Source of the DNA: an uncultured Actinomycetota bacterium
GTDB lineage: Bacteria > Actinomycetota > Nitriliruptoria > Nitriliruptorales > Nitriliruptoraceae
Direction of reading: 5' to 3'
Assembly (NCBI GenBank): GCA_964505365.1
Contig: CAZDIF010000001.1
Location: 6,056-42,783 of the forward strand
DNA length: 36,728 nt
Positions 17,486-26,694 of this stretch are shown piece by piece. The notes under the pieces were generated by a model, which worked only from the letters and a program-made list of their open reading frames with translations, ran no database searches and was not told the DNA's origin. A program made the translations under genes and the position numbers. The number at the start of each line of letters is the position of its first letter. Position 1 is the first letter of the stretch.

Positions 17486-18882
17486 CGCTTCTCACCCCTG
17501 CCCACGGGTCGCCTCTTCGGCCTCGCCCGACCGGGTGTCGTCGGCGTACCGTGCGTCGGCACACCGGAAACCCCGGCCTCATCGTTGCGCTCACGGTCAC
17601 CCGGGGCTTCCCCCGGATGAACTACGTCGTCTACGGCCTTTGAACGAGCCCGAGCGGAACCGGGCGCGCCCGCAGCGGCAGCACATCGCTCGACCAGCGC
17701 CACGTAGCCGGCGGCGACGTCCTCCCACGGATGGCGACCCGTGAACACCTCCGCGCCACGCGCGAGCGCACGACGACGATCGCCGTCGTCGTGAAGTGCT
17801 CGGATACATCGGGCAAGGTCGGCCGCGTCACCTGGCCTGAAGAGCTCGACCATCGTGTCAGCGAAGTAGCGTTCGATCGCCGTCGTGCGCGCCGCCACGC
17901 ACGGGATCCCGACAGCGGCGTACTCCATCAGCTTCGTGGGCAGCAGGCCATCCGTGAAGGGGTCGTCCCGGTAGGGAACGACCCCGAGATCTGCCGCCGC
18001 AATCAGGTCGGGCAGGCGCTCCGCCAGAACCATCTCGTCTCGGAGCTGCACGCGATCCGCGAGACCGAGTTCGTCGCGGAGCTCACGCAGCTGCGGCATC
18101 GCATCACCCCGACCGAGGATCGTCAGGTGCAGGTCGGGCAGTTCGTCCTTCAACATCTCCACCGCGTGGATGGCAAGGTCGAGGCCATACCGGTGTGTCA
18201 CCGTGCCGTGGTAGAGCACGTGGAACTCTGGGCCGGTTGGCGGACCCGATCGCCGCGGGAACAGCGCCTCGTCGGCCACGTTGAGCACCACGCTGCACCG
18301 GTCGGCCGGCACACCACGAGCCATCAGCGTCTCACGCCAGTGGTGGCTGACCGTGATGACATGATCAGCGAACCTGCAGGCCATGCGCTCCTGCCAGCGC
18401 ACGAGGCGTGCAACCCAGGACCGCCGACTCGGGAAGCGGCCAGCGAAGAACTCCGGCATGAGGTCGTGGAGGTCGAGGATGACGGGAACCCCGCGAAGCT
18501 TGGGCACCAGGGCACTGAGGACCAGGAAGTCCGGCAGGTTGTGCACCTGCACCGTGCGGTACGGCGTCCGCCGGTGACGCAGGGCGAGGCGCAGGCCCGC
18601 TCGTCCGCAGAACCTCACGTAGCTGAGCAGTTGGCGGGGAAGGCTGCGCTTGTCGAGCGTCATCGGGATGCGGTGGACACGAACCCCCCGATACGTCTCC
18701 GTCGGGGGTTCACCGGGCTTGCGCAGGCAGAGGACGTCCACGTCCCAGCCGGCGGACACCAACGCCTCCGCCTCGCGTTGCACCCGGGTCTCGCCTCGCG
18801 GGTAGTAGGCGTGCACGATCATCGCGTGCCGTGGTGGGGCCGGTGTGCCGGCAGCGCTGGGACGGGTGTTCATGGTGGTCAT
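17482..18882 (-). CDS. GT4-family glycosyltransferase
   Basis: The start is ATG 18882 (MTTMNTRPS), overlapping the upstream TGA by 1 nt. Motifs MIVHAYYPRGETRVQREAEAL and the C-terminal PTKLMEYAAVGIPCVAARTTAIERYF (EX7E region). There is a P/G/R-rich tail of about 60 aa. The upstream 160 codons of ORF 17482..19365 are rejected. Confidence 0.85.
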   Translation of the reverse strand: MTTMNTRPSAAGTPAPPRHAMIVHAYYPRGETRVQREAEALVSAGWDVDVLCLRKPGEPPTETYRGVRVHRIPMTLDKRSLPRQLLSYVRFCGRAGLRLALRHRRTPYRTVQVHNLPDFLVLSALVPKLRGVPVILDLHDLMPEFFAGRFPSRRSWVARLVRWQERMACRFADHVITVSHHWRETLMARGVPADRCSVVLNVADEALFPRRSGPPTGPEFHVLYHGTVTHRYGLDLAIHAVEMLKDELPDLHLTILGRGDAMPQLRELRDELGLADRVQLRDEMVLAERLPDLIAAADLGVVPYRDDPFTDGLLPTKLMEYAAVGIPCVAARTTAIERYFADTMVELFRPGDAADLARCIRALHDDGDRRRALARGAEVFTGRHPWEDVAAGYVALVERCAAAAGAPGSARARSKAVDDVVHPGEAPGDRERNDEAGVSGVPTHGTPTTPGRARPKRRPVGRGEKR

Positions 18883-20189
18883 CAACGGCCCACCACCCGC
18901 CAGGCGAAGTCGCCGAGGGTCAGCGCGTCGACGTCGCCGGTCACCGCGACGGCGCTCCGCGCCCCATCGGGCCAGCGGCCCAGCCGTACCAGCGGCGTGT
19001 CCGGCAACTCGAGCGCGTCCACCATCGCGCGTGCGCCGTCGCGTGCGAGCTCGCGCGACACGAAGCGTGTGTGCGTGGTCGGACTCGTGGTGGTCTCGAC
19101 GACATAGCCCTGGTCGCGCAGCAGGTCCGCCGTTCCTGCCGGGCACGCCGGGTGGACCCCGACGAACGGGCGCCTCCCGTCGACGGGGACCGTGAGCTCG
19201 CGCGCCCGTGTGCGCACGTACCCGTCCTCCCAAGGCCCGGCCCCGCCCCCGGTGCCCCCCCGGACCAGGACGGTGACCTCCGGTGGGCCCGTGACGCGGA
19301 CGCGGAGCCGGTTGACACCGTCCTCGACGATCTCCACGTGCGTCCGACCCCGGGCAGTCCACCATCGGGCAATCTCATCGAGCCGAGCGATCCAGACCCG
19401 CATCCCGGGGGCCCGCGCGGCGGCCAGCACCATGTCGATGCCGGCGGTACATGCCTCGACGCGTTCCGGGTGCAGCGACACGGTGAACAGTTCCCCGGCC
19501 GCGTGGGCAGCCCGGAAGGCGTCGGCCCAGACCCGGGCGATCTCGTCCGGCGAGGCCAGTGGCAGGCGTTCCACCAGGGACTCGTCGTCGGGCAGGCTGT
19601 AGGGAATGCGCAACAGCCCGTCCTCGGCCCAGGGAACCGACAGGCGGTCCGCGGAAGAGACCGCGCCGTAGAACTCCAGGCCCCGCCGATAGGCGTTCGT
19701 GACCAGGTGCTCGGCGACCGGCCAGTGCACGCCCCGGCTTGCGTCGTAGCGGAACCCGGTCGCGCGCACGGCACGCATCGTGCGGTCGTCGCAGCGCAGG
19801 TAGGGGGCGCGGAACCCGGTGACCGGGATCCCGACGGCCTCCAGCACCTGTCGTGCCCTGGCCAACTGCTCGTGCTGCTCGGCCTCGTCGAGACCGAGGT
19901 GGTCGACGTGATAGAGGCCGTGCACGGCGAACTCGATCCCGCGGGCGGCGTACGCCTCGAGGGCTCGCGGGTGCCGTTCGACTGCGGATGCGGTGATCGG
20001 GAGGGTCGCCGAACAGCCGTGGTGTTCGAGGATGGCCAGCAGGTGGGCGAGCCGACGGTCCATGCGAGCCGGCGAGACCCCGTATCGGGCGGTGATGGTC
20101 CAGGCACGCCGCGCCAGCCGCCGGGTGCCCTTGCCCTGGGCCGCCACGGCAAGGGACCGCACGTTCGGCCGCGGTGGGGCCTGGGTCAT
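18882..20189 (-). CDS. Polysaccharide deacetylase (CE4/NodB-homology) family protein with a C-terminal extension
   Basis: The start is ATG 20189 (ATGA overlap with the APS-kinase-like stop). NodB motif 2 (VHGLYH) and motif 3 (FRAPYL) are present, plus IPYSLPDDES. A canonical TFDD motif 1 is not obvious. Confidence 0.7.
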   Translation of the reverse strand: MTQAPPRPNVRSLAVAAQGKGTRRLARRAWTITARYGVSPARMDRRLAHLLAILEHHGCSATLPITASAVERHPRALEAYAARGIEFAVHGLYHVDHLGLDEAEQHEQLARARQVLEAVGIPVTGFRAPYLRCDDRTMRAVRATGFRYDASRGVHWPVAEHLVTNAYRRGLEFYGAVSSADRLSVPWAEDGLLRIPYSLPDDESLVERLPLASPDEIARVWADAFRAAHAAGELFTVSLHPERVEACTAGIDMVLAAARAPGMRVWIARLDEIARWWTARGRTHVEIVEDGVNRLRVRVTGPPEVTVLVRGGTGGGAGPWEDGYVRTRARELTVPVDGRRPFVGVHPACPAGTADLLRDQGYVVETTTSPTTHTRFVSRELARDGARAMVDALELPDTPLVRLGRWPDGARSAVAVTGDVDALTLGDFAWRVVGR

Positions 20190-20836
20190 GTCGGCCCCCC
20201 GGTGGTGGTGGACACCCGTGCGGAGCCGGAACCCTGCGCCTCCCCTGGGACGAGGAATTCCCGGTCCTGCAGTAGCCGATGCAGCACTCGCGCCGCGTCT
20301 CCGGGCGCCATGTGCGTCGAGTCCACGCGCAGGTCGGGAGCAACGGGTTCCTCGAAGGACACGGCCTCGCCGGGTCGCAGCCGGCCCACGAGGTGGCGGA
20401 GGCGGCGGCGGACCCGCTTGCGCAGCGCGGGGCGGCTGGGCCGTGCCGCCCGCCGGGCCTCGCACACCGCGGCCGGCGCGTCGACGAACACTTCCACGAA
20501 GGACTCCGGACCGACCATCTCCCGGGCGGCGTCTCGAGCACTGCGGCGAGCGCTGACCGTGACGCACACCACGATCCCCCCGTGCCGGACGACCTCGCGG
20601 GCCACGAACGCCTTGCGCAGCAGCTTCTCCTCGCTCGTGCGCTCGCCGCGAGCCTTGCGCAGGGCCGGTACGACGTCCAGCACGCTGACCGTGCGACCGT
20701 CGGCCTCGAGCAGTGGAACCAGGGCGTGGGCCACGGTCGACTTCCCGGCGCCGCTGCGCCCGGTGAACCAGACGCAGACCCCGCGACCTCCGGACGCGTG
20801 CTGCTGGGGCAGGCGCCCTGCAGGCAGGTCGGTCAT
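20186..20836 (-). CDS. Adenylylsulfate (APS) kinase-like P-loop protein, divergent
   Basis: VCVWFTGRSGAGKSTVA and FVEVFVDAPAAVCEARRA align with my recollection of CysC (WFTGLSGSGKST, FIEVFVDTPLAICEARD). The LDGDNxR and FISP motifs are replaced (LDVVPALR, TVSA). Confidence 0.7.
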   Translation of the reverse strand: MTDLPAGRLPQQHASGGRGVCVWFTGRSGAGKSTVAHALVPLLEADGRTVSVLDVVPALRKARGERTSEEKLLRKAFVAREVVRHGGIVVCVTVSARRSARDAAREMVGPESFVEVFVDAPAAVCEARRAARPSRPALRKRVRRRLRHLVGRLRPGEAVSFEEPVAPDLRVDSTHMAPGDAARVLHRLLQDREFLVPGEAQGSGSARVSTTTGGPT

Positions 20837-21930
20837 GGCAGCACCTCTCGCACGGCGGTCACGACGCGGTCCAGGTCACCGGTCGTGAGGCCGGGGTGGA
20901 TCGGCAGGGAGAGGACCTCGCGGGAGACGCGTCGGGTCACGGGGGTCGGCGTGGGGCCCACCCGCGCGTCGTCGCGGAAGCACGGGTAGTCGTGCACGGG
21001 GCGCGGGTAGAAGATGGCGCATCCGACCCCGCGGGCGCGCAGGTGCGCGGCGAGCTCGTCGCGAGACACGGCCGCCGTCGCGCCCACGCGGACGGTGAAC
21101 TGGTGGAAGGCGTGGTGACGGCCGTCCGACGGCTCACGGGGAAGGTGGAGCCCCTCGATCCCCGACAGTCCCTCCGCCAGCACCGCGGCGTTGGCCCGTC
21201 GAGCCTCCAGGATCTCCGGCAGGCGCGTCATCTGGGCAACGCCGAGGGCCGCCTGCAGGTCGGTCATCCGCAGGTTGAGGCCGGGCCGGGCGTAGTCGTA
21301 GCGCCCACGCTGGCCCTGGTTGCGAAGCCAGCGCACCGCCTCGGCCACCTCCTCGTCGTCGGTCGTGACGATCCCCCCCTCGCCCGTGGTGAGGTTCTTG
21401 GTCGCGTAGAAGGAGAAGCAGGCCGTGCCGCTCGCCCCGACCGGACCGTCGGCGTGACCGGCGCCGAGCGCCTGGGCGGCGTCCTCGATGACCGTGACCG
21501 GATGGCTGCCGACCATCCTGCGGATGGCTGGCATGTCCGCCGGAAGGCCGTACAGGTGCACGGGCACGACGGCACGGGTCGCCTCGGTGATCGCCTCGTC
21601 GAGTCTTTCGGGGTCGATGGCGAAGTCGTCCCCGATGTCGGCGAAGCGCGGCGTGGCGCCCACGAACAGGATGGTGTTCAGGGTCGCCACAAACGTGAAC
21701 GGCGACGTGACGACCTCGTCTCCCGGGCCGATCCCGTGCGCGAGCAGCGCGGCCAGCAGGGCGCTGGTGCCGTTGTTGACGGCGACCGCGTGTGGTGCAC
21801 CAACGGTCTCGGCGACCGCCCGCTCGAAGCGCTCGACCATCGGCCCCTGGGTGAGCTGCCCGGACCGGAGGACCTCCAGGACCAGCTTCTCCTCGAGGTC
21901 GCCGAGGATCGGTTCTCCGACGGCGATCAC
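20833..21930 (-). CDS. DegT/DnrJ/EryC1/StrS-family PLP-dependent sugar aminotransferase (WbpE-like)
   Basis: The start is GTG 21930 (GTGA overlap). Motifs NGTSALLAAL and the PLP-Lys block ACFSFYATKNLTTGEGG. The upstream ~145 codons of ORF 20833..22368 overlap the acetyltransferase out of frame. Confidence 0.88.
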   Translation of the reverse strand: MIAVGEPILGDLEEKLVLEVLRSGQLTQGPMVERFERAVAETVGAPHAVAVNNGTSALLAALLAHGIGPGDEVVTSPFTFVATLNTILFVGATPRFADIGDDFAIDPERLDEAITEATRAVVPVHLYGLPADMPAIRRMVGSHPVTVIEDAAQALGAGHADGPVGASGTACFSFYATKNLTTGEGGIVTTDDEEVAEAVRWLRNQGQRGRYDYARPGLNLRMTDLQAALGVAQMTRLPEILEARRANAAVLAEGLSGIEGLHLPREPSDGRHHAFHQFTVRVGATAAVSRDELAAHLRARGVGCAIFYPRPVHDYPCFRDDARVGPTPTPVTRRVSREVLSLPIHPGLTTGDLDRVVTAVREVLP

Positions 21931-22502
21931 GCGGCCACCCCCGCGGTGTCCCGACCACAGTGCCCGCACCGGTCCACCAGGTCTTCGCCCAACCGCGCCA
22001 GTGGCCGCCCGCACCGGCAGACCCAGCCTCGCAGACGCGCCGGCGCACCCAGCACGAGCCCGTGCCGGGGCACGTCCGCGGTGACCACCGCTCCCGCGCC
22101 CACCATGGCGTATTCCCCGACCTCGACCCCGCACACGATGGTCGCGTTGGCCCCGATGCTGGCGCCACGACACACGCGGGTCGGCACCACCTCCCAGTCC
22201 TGCGAGGCCGCCCGCGGGAACCGGTCGTTGGTGAAGGTCACGTGGGGGCCCACGAACACCTCGTCCTCGAGGGTCACCCCCTGGTACACCGAGACGTGGT
22301 TCTGGATCTTGCACCGGTCGCCGACCACGGCGCCAGCGTCGACGAAGACGGCGAAGCCCAGCGTGCAATGGGCGCCGATCCGGCTGCCCGCGCGAACGTG
22401 GCCCCGGTGCCAGATGCTCGTGCCGGCCCCCACCTCAGCGCCCTCCTCGACGATGGCGGTGGGATGGGCCCGTACGGCAAGCGCGGCGGTGTCAGCGGCC
22501 AT
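21927..22502 (-). CDS. Left-handed beta-helix (hexapeptide) sugar N-acetyltransferase (WbpD/WlbB-like)
   Basis: The start is ATG 22502 (MAADTAALAVRAHPTAIVEEGAEVGAGTSIW). Hexapeptide repeats run throughout. The C-terminus has a Cys-rich WVCRCG...RCGHCG. 191 aa. Confidence 0.82.
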   Translation of the reverse strand: MAADTAALAVRAHPTAIVEEGAEVGAGTSIWHRGHVRAGSRIGAHCTLGFAVFVDAGAVVGDRCKIQNHVSVYQGVTLEDEVFVGPHVTFTNDRFPRAASQDWEVVPTRVCRGASIGANATIVCGVEVGEYAMVGAGAVVTADVPRHGLVLGAPARLRGWVCRCGRPLARLGEDLVDRCGHCGRDTAGVAA

Positions 22503-23583
22503 CGGTGACCTCCGTGGGGGGGCGAAGTCGTTCCGCGGGCACCCGGGTCCCGGGTCGCCGACGCGCCCGATGCGCGACCACCAGCCACGCGAGCATGCGC
22601 GCGCCCTGGACCGGGAGGTCGTGGGCCAGCAGGGCCAGCCAGTCGCGGAGGGACATCGGCATCCGGGCGCGCGCGTAGCCGAGGGCCCGGAGGTGACGCC
22701 CGGCAACGATCTCGATGAAGGCGATCTCGGACGGCTCGAGGACGCGACGGAACCGTCCCACGGCCCGGGTGGTGATGGCGCCCGCCTCGACGTCCCCGAA
22801 CGAGCTGTTGGCGCCTGCCACGCGGTGATCGGGGACCGCCCCCATCTGCAGCATGACCGAGACGAAATCCTCACCGATGAAGGCGCAGACCTCCCGCATC
22901 GTGCCCTCGGGATCGGTCACCAGGTCCTCGTACCGGACGACCAGGTACCGGTCCGGGTAGCGACGGCGGTTGCGTGCCGCCGCCCGGGCCGAGCGCAGCC
23001 ACCGTCCGGTCGCTGCCCCCACGCGGTCGAGATTGGCACCGCCGCGCCGGCGCACCGAGGCGTACCGGTCCCGGGGGTCGCGGACCATCTGGACGATCCG
23101 TGCATCGGGGAACGCCTCCAGGATCTGGTCCGCGTAGTGCTCGCTGTGCAGCGACTTGTCACCCCACCGTGGCCGGCCGACCCGCTCGGCGTGGTGGCGG
23201 TGGAGCAAGGAGAACAGGCGTCCGTAGGTCGCCGGTCCCTGGCGGAACTCCCGCTGCAGTCGGTCGCGATCCGGGTGCAGGTGGTCGATGCGGCGGTACC
23301 CGAGCAGGTCGTCGAGGCAGCGCTCGAGGTTCTCGGGGTCCCCGAGGTCGCCGTACCGGCCGTCGAACCAGCGGAACAGGTTGGTCCGCCGGACCATCGA
23401 GATCCGCGGGTGCGAGGCCAGCAGCGCAAACATCAGGGTTGTCCCGCTGCGATCGGCGCCGGTCACGAAGATGGGGCCTCCGTGCCGATCGGACGTCTCG
23501 CGTGCCGGAACGGGTCGTTGGCGCCCGGTGGTGGCCGGGACGACGCCCGGTCCCGCGGCCGCCAGGTGTCGCTCAGACGTCAT
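22492..23583 (-). CDS. Sulfotransferase 2 (Sulfotransfer_3-like)
   Basis: PIFVTGADRSGTTLM (5'-PSB loop), RPRWGDKS, ARIVQMVRDPRDRYAS (3'-PB), VRYEDLVTDP and VCAFIGEDF. Confidence 0.85.
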   Translation of the reverse strand: MTSERHLAAAGPGVVPATTGRQRPVPARETSDRHGGPIFVTGADRSGTTLMFALLASHPRISMVRRTNLFRWFDGRYGDLGDPENLERCLDDLLGYRRIDHLHPDRDRLQREFRQGPATYGRLFSLLHRHHAERVGRPRWGDKSLHSEHYADQILEAFPDARIVQMVRDPRDRYASVRRRGGANLDRVGAATGRWLRSARAAARNRRRYPDRYLVVRYEDLVTDPEGTMREVCAFIGEDFVSVMLQMGAVPDHRVAGANSSFGDVEAGAITTRAVGRFRRVLEPSEIAFIEIVAGRHLRALGYARARMPMSLRDWLALLAHDLPVQGARMLAWLVVAHRARRRPGTRVPAERLRPPTEVTDGR

Positions 23584-24496
23584 GGGCGTAGCCCTCCAGG
23601 AAGTCGACCTGCGCGATGCGCCGCTCCACGTCCTCGATCCAGCGCGGCGACCACTCGACCAGGGTCTGCCGGGGTGTCTCGCGATGGCCGATGATGGATG
23701 CGCAGGCGTCGAGGTAGTTGGCGTCGGGTTCGATGCCCAGGAAGCGGCACACGGCGGCCAACTGCACGCGGGGGTCGAGGACGAAGTCCTCGTGGCGAAC
23801 CGTCAGGAGCCGCTCCGGGTCGATGCGCCGGCGGAGTTCGAGCAGGGCGTCGCAGGACGCGAAGTAGTGGTCGACGGCGTCGGCCACGCTGCGCTGCCCA
23901 CGGACCCGCATCACGCTGATCGGGTCGAAGGGATTGCGGACCACCTGGACGAAACGCACGTCCACGTCGTCCATCAGCCCTGCCACCCGGTCGAGCGCAA
24001 GGGGGTCGGCGGCCAGGCGGCGGGTGGTCTTGCCGGCGGTGGTGTCGCCCACGACGAGGGGGGCCCGTGCAGACCCCTGGTACTGGCCCGGGACCCGGAA
24101 GGAGTAGGGCTCGAGACGGCGTGCGGTGACCCGGCCCTTGCGGGCCTCGGCCTGCGACCCGCGATCCAGCAGGTGGAAGATCGCCTCGCGATCGAACCCG
24201 GCGTCGACGTAGCGCAGCGCATCGTGCTCGTCGGACAGGACCACCCGGGGATGGGCGTCGAGCAGTCCCCCCACCATGCTGCCACCGCTCTTGGTGTGCC
24301 CGATGAACAGGCAGAAGGTCCGTACGTCCCGGAAGCGTGCGGGGTCCCGCCTGAGCCCGCGACGGGCGATCAGTCGATGCCGCTGCAGGTTCGCTCGCCG
24401 GTAGGCGCGACTGGAGAACACGACGCGGCCGGGCCCGCGTTTGGCGAACCGACGGAACGCGTCCGAATCGACCACGGCCTTCCATGCCACCGTCAC
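23573..24496 (-). CDS. Sulfotransferase 3 (a distinct sulfotransferase subfamily)
   Basis: The start is GTG 24496 (GTGA overlap). Motifs FCLFIGHTKSGGSMVGGLLDAHP (PSB-like loop), VQVVRNPFDP (3'-PB-like) and VRHEDFVLDP. The sequence pattern differs from the other six paralogues. Confidence 0.7.
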   Translation of the reverse strand: MTVAWKAVVDSDAFRRFAKRGPGRVVFSSRAYRRANLQRHRLIARRGLRRDPARFRDVRTFCLFIGHTKSGGSMVGGLLDAHPRVVLSDEHDALRYVDAGFDREAIFHLLDRGSQAEARKGRVTARRLEPYSFRVPGQYQGSARAPLVVGDTTAGKTTRRLAADPLALDRVAGLMDDVDVRFVQVVRNPFDPISVMRVRGQRSVADAVDHYFASCDALLELRRRIDPERLLTVRHEDFVLDPRVQLAAVCRFLGIEPDANYLDACASIIGHRETPRQTLVEWSPRWIEDVERRIAQVDFLEGYAHDV

Positions 24497-25452
24497 CACC
24501 CACCCCCCGCGTCGACAGACGGCACGGCACGTGGGCCGTGTGCCGGCCGCGTCCCGGCGGCGAGCAGGCGCAGTGGGAGGCCGGTCACCCACCCCGCCGT
24601 TCCGTGTGCGGGAGCCAGGGGCACGGGCGCGTACCCATGCGCACGCATGTGGGTTGCTGCGGCCCGCTGGATGACCGCCAGGTCACGTTCGGCGACCTCC
24701 CCCCGGAAGCGTCCGACCTCCTCGACGGTGACGGGGATGCCATCGGGGGCTTCGGCCCGCACCCGGTCGTAACGCCGTGCGGCGGCCATGCGTGCCATCG
24801 CGGGATGGTCTGTCTCCCCGATGAAGGCGCAGACGGCGCGGACCATCCCCACCGGATCTGCGACGAGGTCCTCGTAGCGGATCACGAGGCAGGCCTCGGG
24901 GTGGCGGCACAGGTTGCGGCGCGCGAGCACCGCCGACCGCAGCCACGCACCAACCGACCGCGTCACCGGGACGGACCCGCCGGCCTTCTCGATGAGGGCA
25001 GCGTGGCGGTCCCGGGGGTCGCGGACCAGGTGCAGCAGCCGGGCTCCCGGCCAGGCCGCCAGCGCGAGGTCGGCGTACCGCTCGACCATGCTGCTCTGGT
25101 CACCCCACCGTTCCTTGCCCGAACGACGCGCCCACTGCTCGTGAAGCAGCGCGAACAGCCGCGCATAGGTCGCCGGTCCCGTTGCCAGGTCTCGTCGCAG
25201 CCGGTCGACGTCGGGCTGCAGTGCGGCGACCTGGTCCCGTGCCAGCATGGCTGCGAGGCACCGGTCGAGGTTGCCGGGGTCCTCCAGGTCGCCGAACCGG
25301 CCGTGGAACCGCGACCACATCTCCGTCCGCCGCGAGACGGCGATGCGTGGGTGCGAGGTGAGCATCCACCGCAGCAGCGTCTTGCCCGAGCGACTGGCGC
25401 CCCCGACGAGAATTGGCCCTCGTGGATCGGTCGATGCGCGGCGCCCGGTCAT
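24493..25452 (-). CDS. Sulfotransferase 4 (Sulfotransfer_3-like)
   Basis: PILVGGASRSGKTLL, KERWGDQS, ARLLHLVRDPRDRHAA, IRYEDLVADP and VCAFIGE. ATGA overlap with the upstream GT4 stop. Confidence 0.85.
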   Translation of the reverse strand: MTGRRASTDPRGPILVGGASRSGKTLLRWMLTSHPRIAVSRRTEMWSRFHGRFGDLEDPGNLDRCLAAMLARDQVAALQPDVDRLRRDLATGPATYARLFALLHEQWARRSGKERWGDQSSMVERYADLALAAWPGARLLHLVRDPRDRHAALIEKAGGSVPVTRSVGAWLRSAVLARRNLCRHPEACLVIRYEDLVADPVGMVRAVCAFIGETDHPAMARMAAARRYDRVRAEAPDGIPVTVEEVGRFRGEVAERDLAVIQRAAATHMRAHGYAPVPLAPAHGTAGWVTGLPLRLLAAGTRPAHGPRAVPSVDAGGGW

Positions 25453-26678
25453 CCGACGCGCCGATCACGCAGCCATCTGCTCGGCCGGGCCATCCCGACG
25501 CCCCGGAAGTGCGAATGTTCCACCCCGGCCTGCCGGAACAGGGCCACCAGTTGCTCGGCGCATCGGCGGGAGCTGAACTCTGCCTCGATGCGACACCGGG
25601 CGGAAGCACCTCGAGCACGCGCCGCGGCGGGGTCGGCCAGCAGCTCGGTGATCGCGGCTGCCAGGGCGGTGGCGTCACCCGGTGGCACCAGCCACCCCTC
25701 GACGCCGTGCCGCACGACCTGGGTGGTGCCGCTCACGGCCGTCGCCACGACCGGCAGTCCGGTGGCCATGGCCTCCAGGAGGGCCACCGACATGCCCTCC
25801 CACAACGAGGGCAGGACGAAGGAATCGCTGGCCGCCAGGATCTCGGGAACGTCGCGCCGGCTGCCGAGCAGGTGCACGCGGTCGCCCAGCCTCAGGTCGC
25901 GGACTCTCGCCTCGATCACACCGCGCAGGCGACCATCCCCGACGAGCGCCACGTGCAGGTCGGGAGCCTGCCCTGCCACGTCGGCGACCGCCTCGAGCAG
26001 CTGGTCGTACCCCTTCTGGGCCTTGAAGGTCCCCACCATCGCCATGAGGTGGTCACCCGGGCCGATGCCCAAGCTGGCACGGAGTCCGTCTCGGTCGACC
26101 ACGGGCGGGAAGCGGTCCACGTCCACCCCGTTGACCACCACCACGATCCGGTCCTCGGCGGCGCCCCCGAGGTGATCGCGCACCGCGTGGGCCGTGTCCT
26201 CCGACACCGCCACGATTCCCGTCACGACGCGAGCGCCCAGGCGCCGCAGCCACCGCTGCGCCGCACGCTTGGGCCGGTACAGCCAACGGTGGGCCGGGAG
26301 GTGTTCGGGGCGCAGCGTGAAGGCGACGTTGCCGATGCGCCACCACACCTGGACCCGGCGAGCAAGGGTGAGGACGAGGAGCTCCCAGGTACCCAGTGCA
26401 GCCGTCAGCACCACCTCGACGTCGTGCGCCTCCAGCAGGCGCACGAGGTCTCGACGCCGCTGCCGCGCCTCGCGAAGGAATGGCACCAGCGCGAGGACGC
26501 TGCGTCGACGGTCCGGCAGCACGTGGACGGGCGTCCCCGCGGCGCGGATCTCGTCGACCAGGGGGCCCGCCCGAAACGTGGCCACGACCACCCGGCATCC
26601 CGTGTCGGGCAACGCGGTCGCCAGTGACCGCACGGTCTCCTGCGCACCGCCGACATCCAGGTCAGCGGTGACCAGCAT
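25449..26678 (-). CDS. GT4-family glycosyltransferase
   Basis: MLVTADLDVGGAQETV at the N-terminus and FVLPSLWEGMSVALLEAMATGLPVVATAVSG...G.EGWLVPPGD (EX7E region). Start candidates are ATG 26678, GTG 26681 and GTG 26702. The rest of ORF 25449..26921 is rejected. Confidence 0.85.
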   Translation of the reverse strand: MLVTADLDVGGAQETVRSLATALPDTGCRVVVATFRAGPLVDEIRAAGTPVHVLPDRRRSVLALVPFLREARQRRRDLVRLLEAHDVEVVLTAALGTWELLVLTLARRVQVWWRIGNVAFTLRPEHLPAHRWLYRPKRAAQRWLRRLGARVVTGIVAVSEDTAHAVRDHLGGAAEDRIVVVVNGVDVDRFPPVVDRDGLRASLGIGPGDHLMAMVGTFKAQKGYDQLLEAVADVAGQAPDLHVALVGDGRLRGVIEARVRDLRLGDRVHLLGSRRDVPEILAASDSFVLPSLWEGMSVALLEAMATGLPVVATAVSGTTQVVRHGVEGWLVPPGDATALAAAITELLADPAAARARGASARCRIEAEFSSRRCAEQLVALFRQAGVEHSHFRGVGMARPSRWLRDRRVG

Positions 26679-26694
26679 CACGGTGGGGGCTGCG

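Noticed and set aside
17482-19365. Long N-terminal extensions of listed ORFs (17482..19365, 18882..20567, 20833..22368, 21927..22874, 25449..26921, 32274..34151, 5072..6787, 4360..5760, 9104..10504, 29316..30599)
   Set aside because: The extensions overlap the upstream gene out of frame and are R/P/G-rich. In each case except 29316..30599, an internal ATG/GTG sits exactly at an ATGA/GTGA-type junction with the upstream stop, and the recognisable domain begins just after it. For 29316..30599, the extension lies in an intergenic region with poor third-position G/C bias and the start remains uncertain.
20186-20836. Annotating this gene simply as canonical cysC
   Set aside because: The LDGDN and FISP motifs appear to be substituted, so I kept the call at APS-kinase-like and did not assign a gene symbol.
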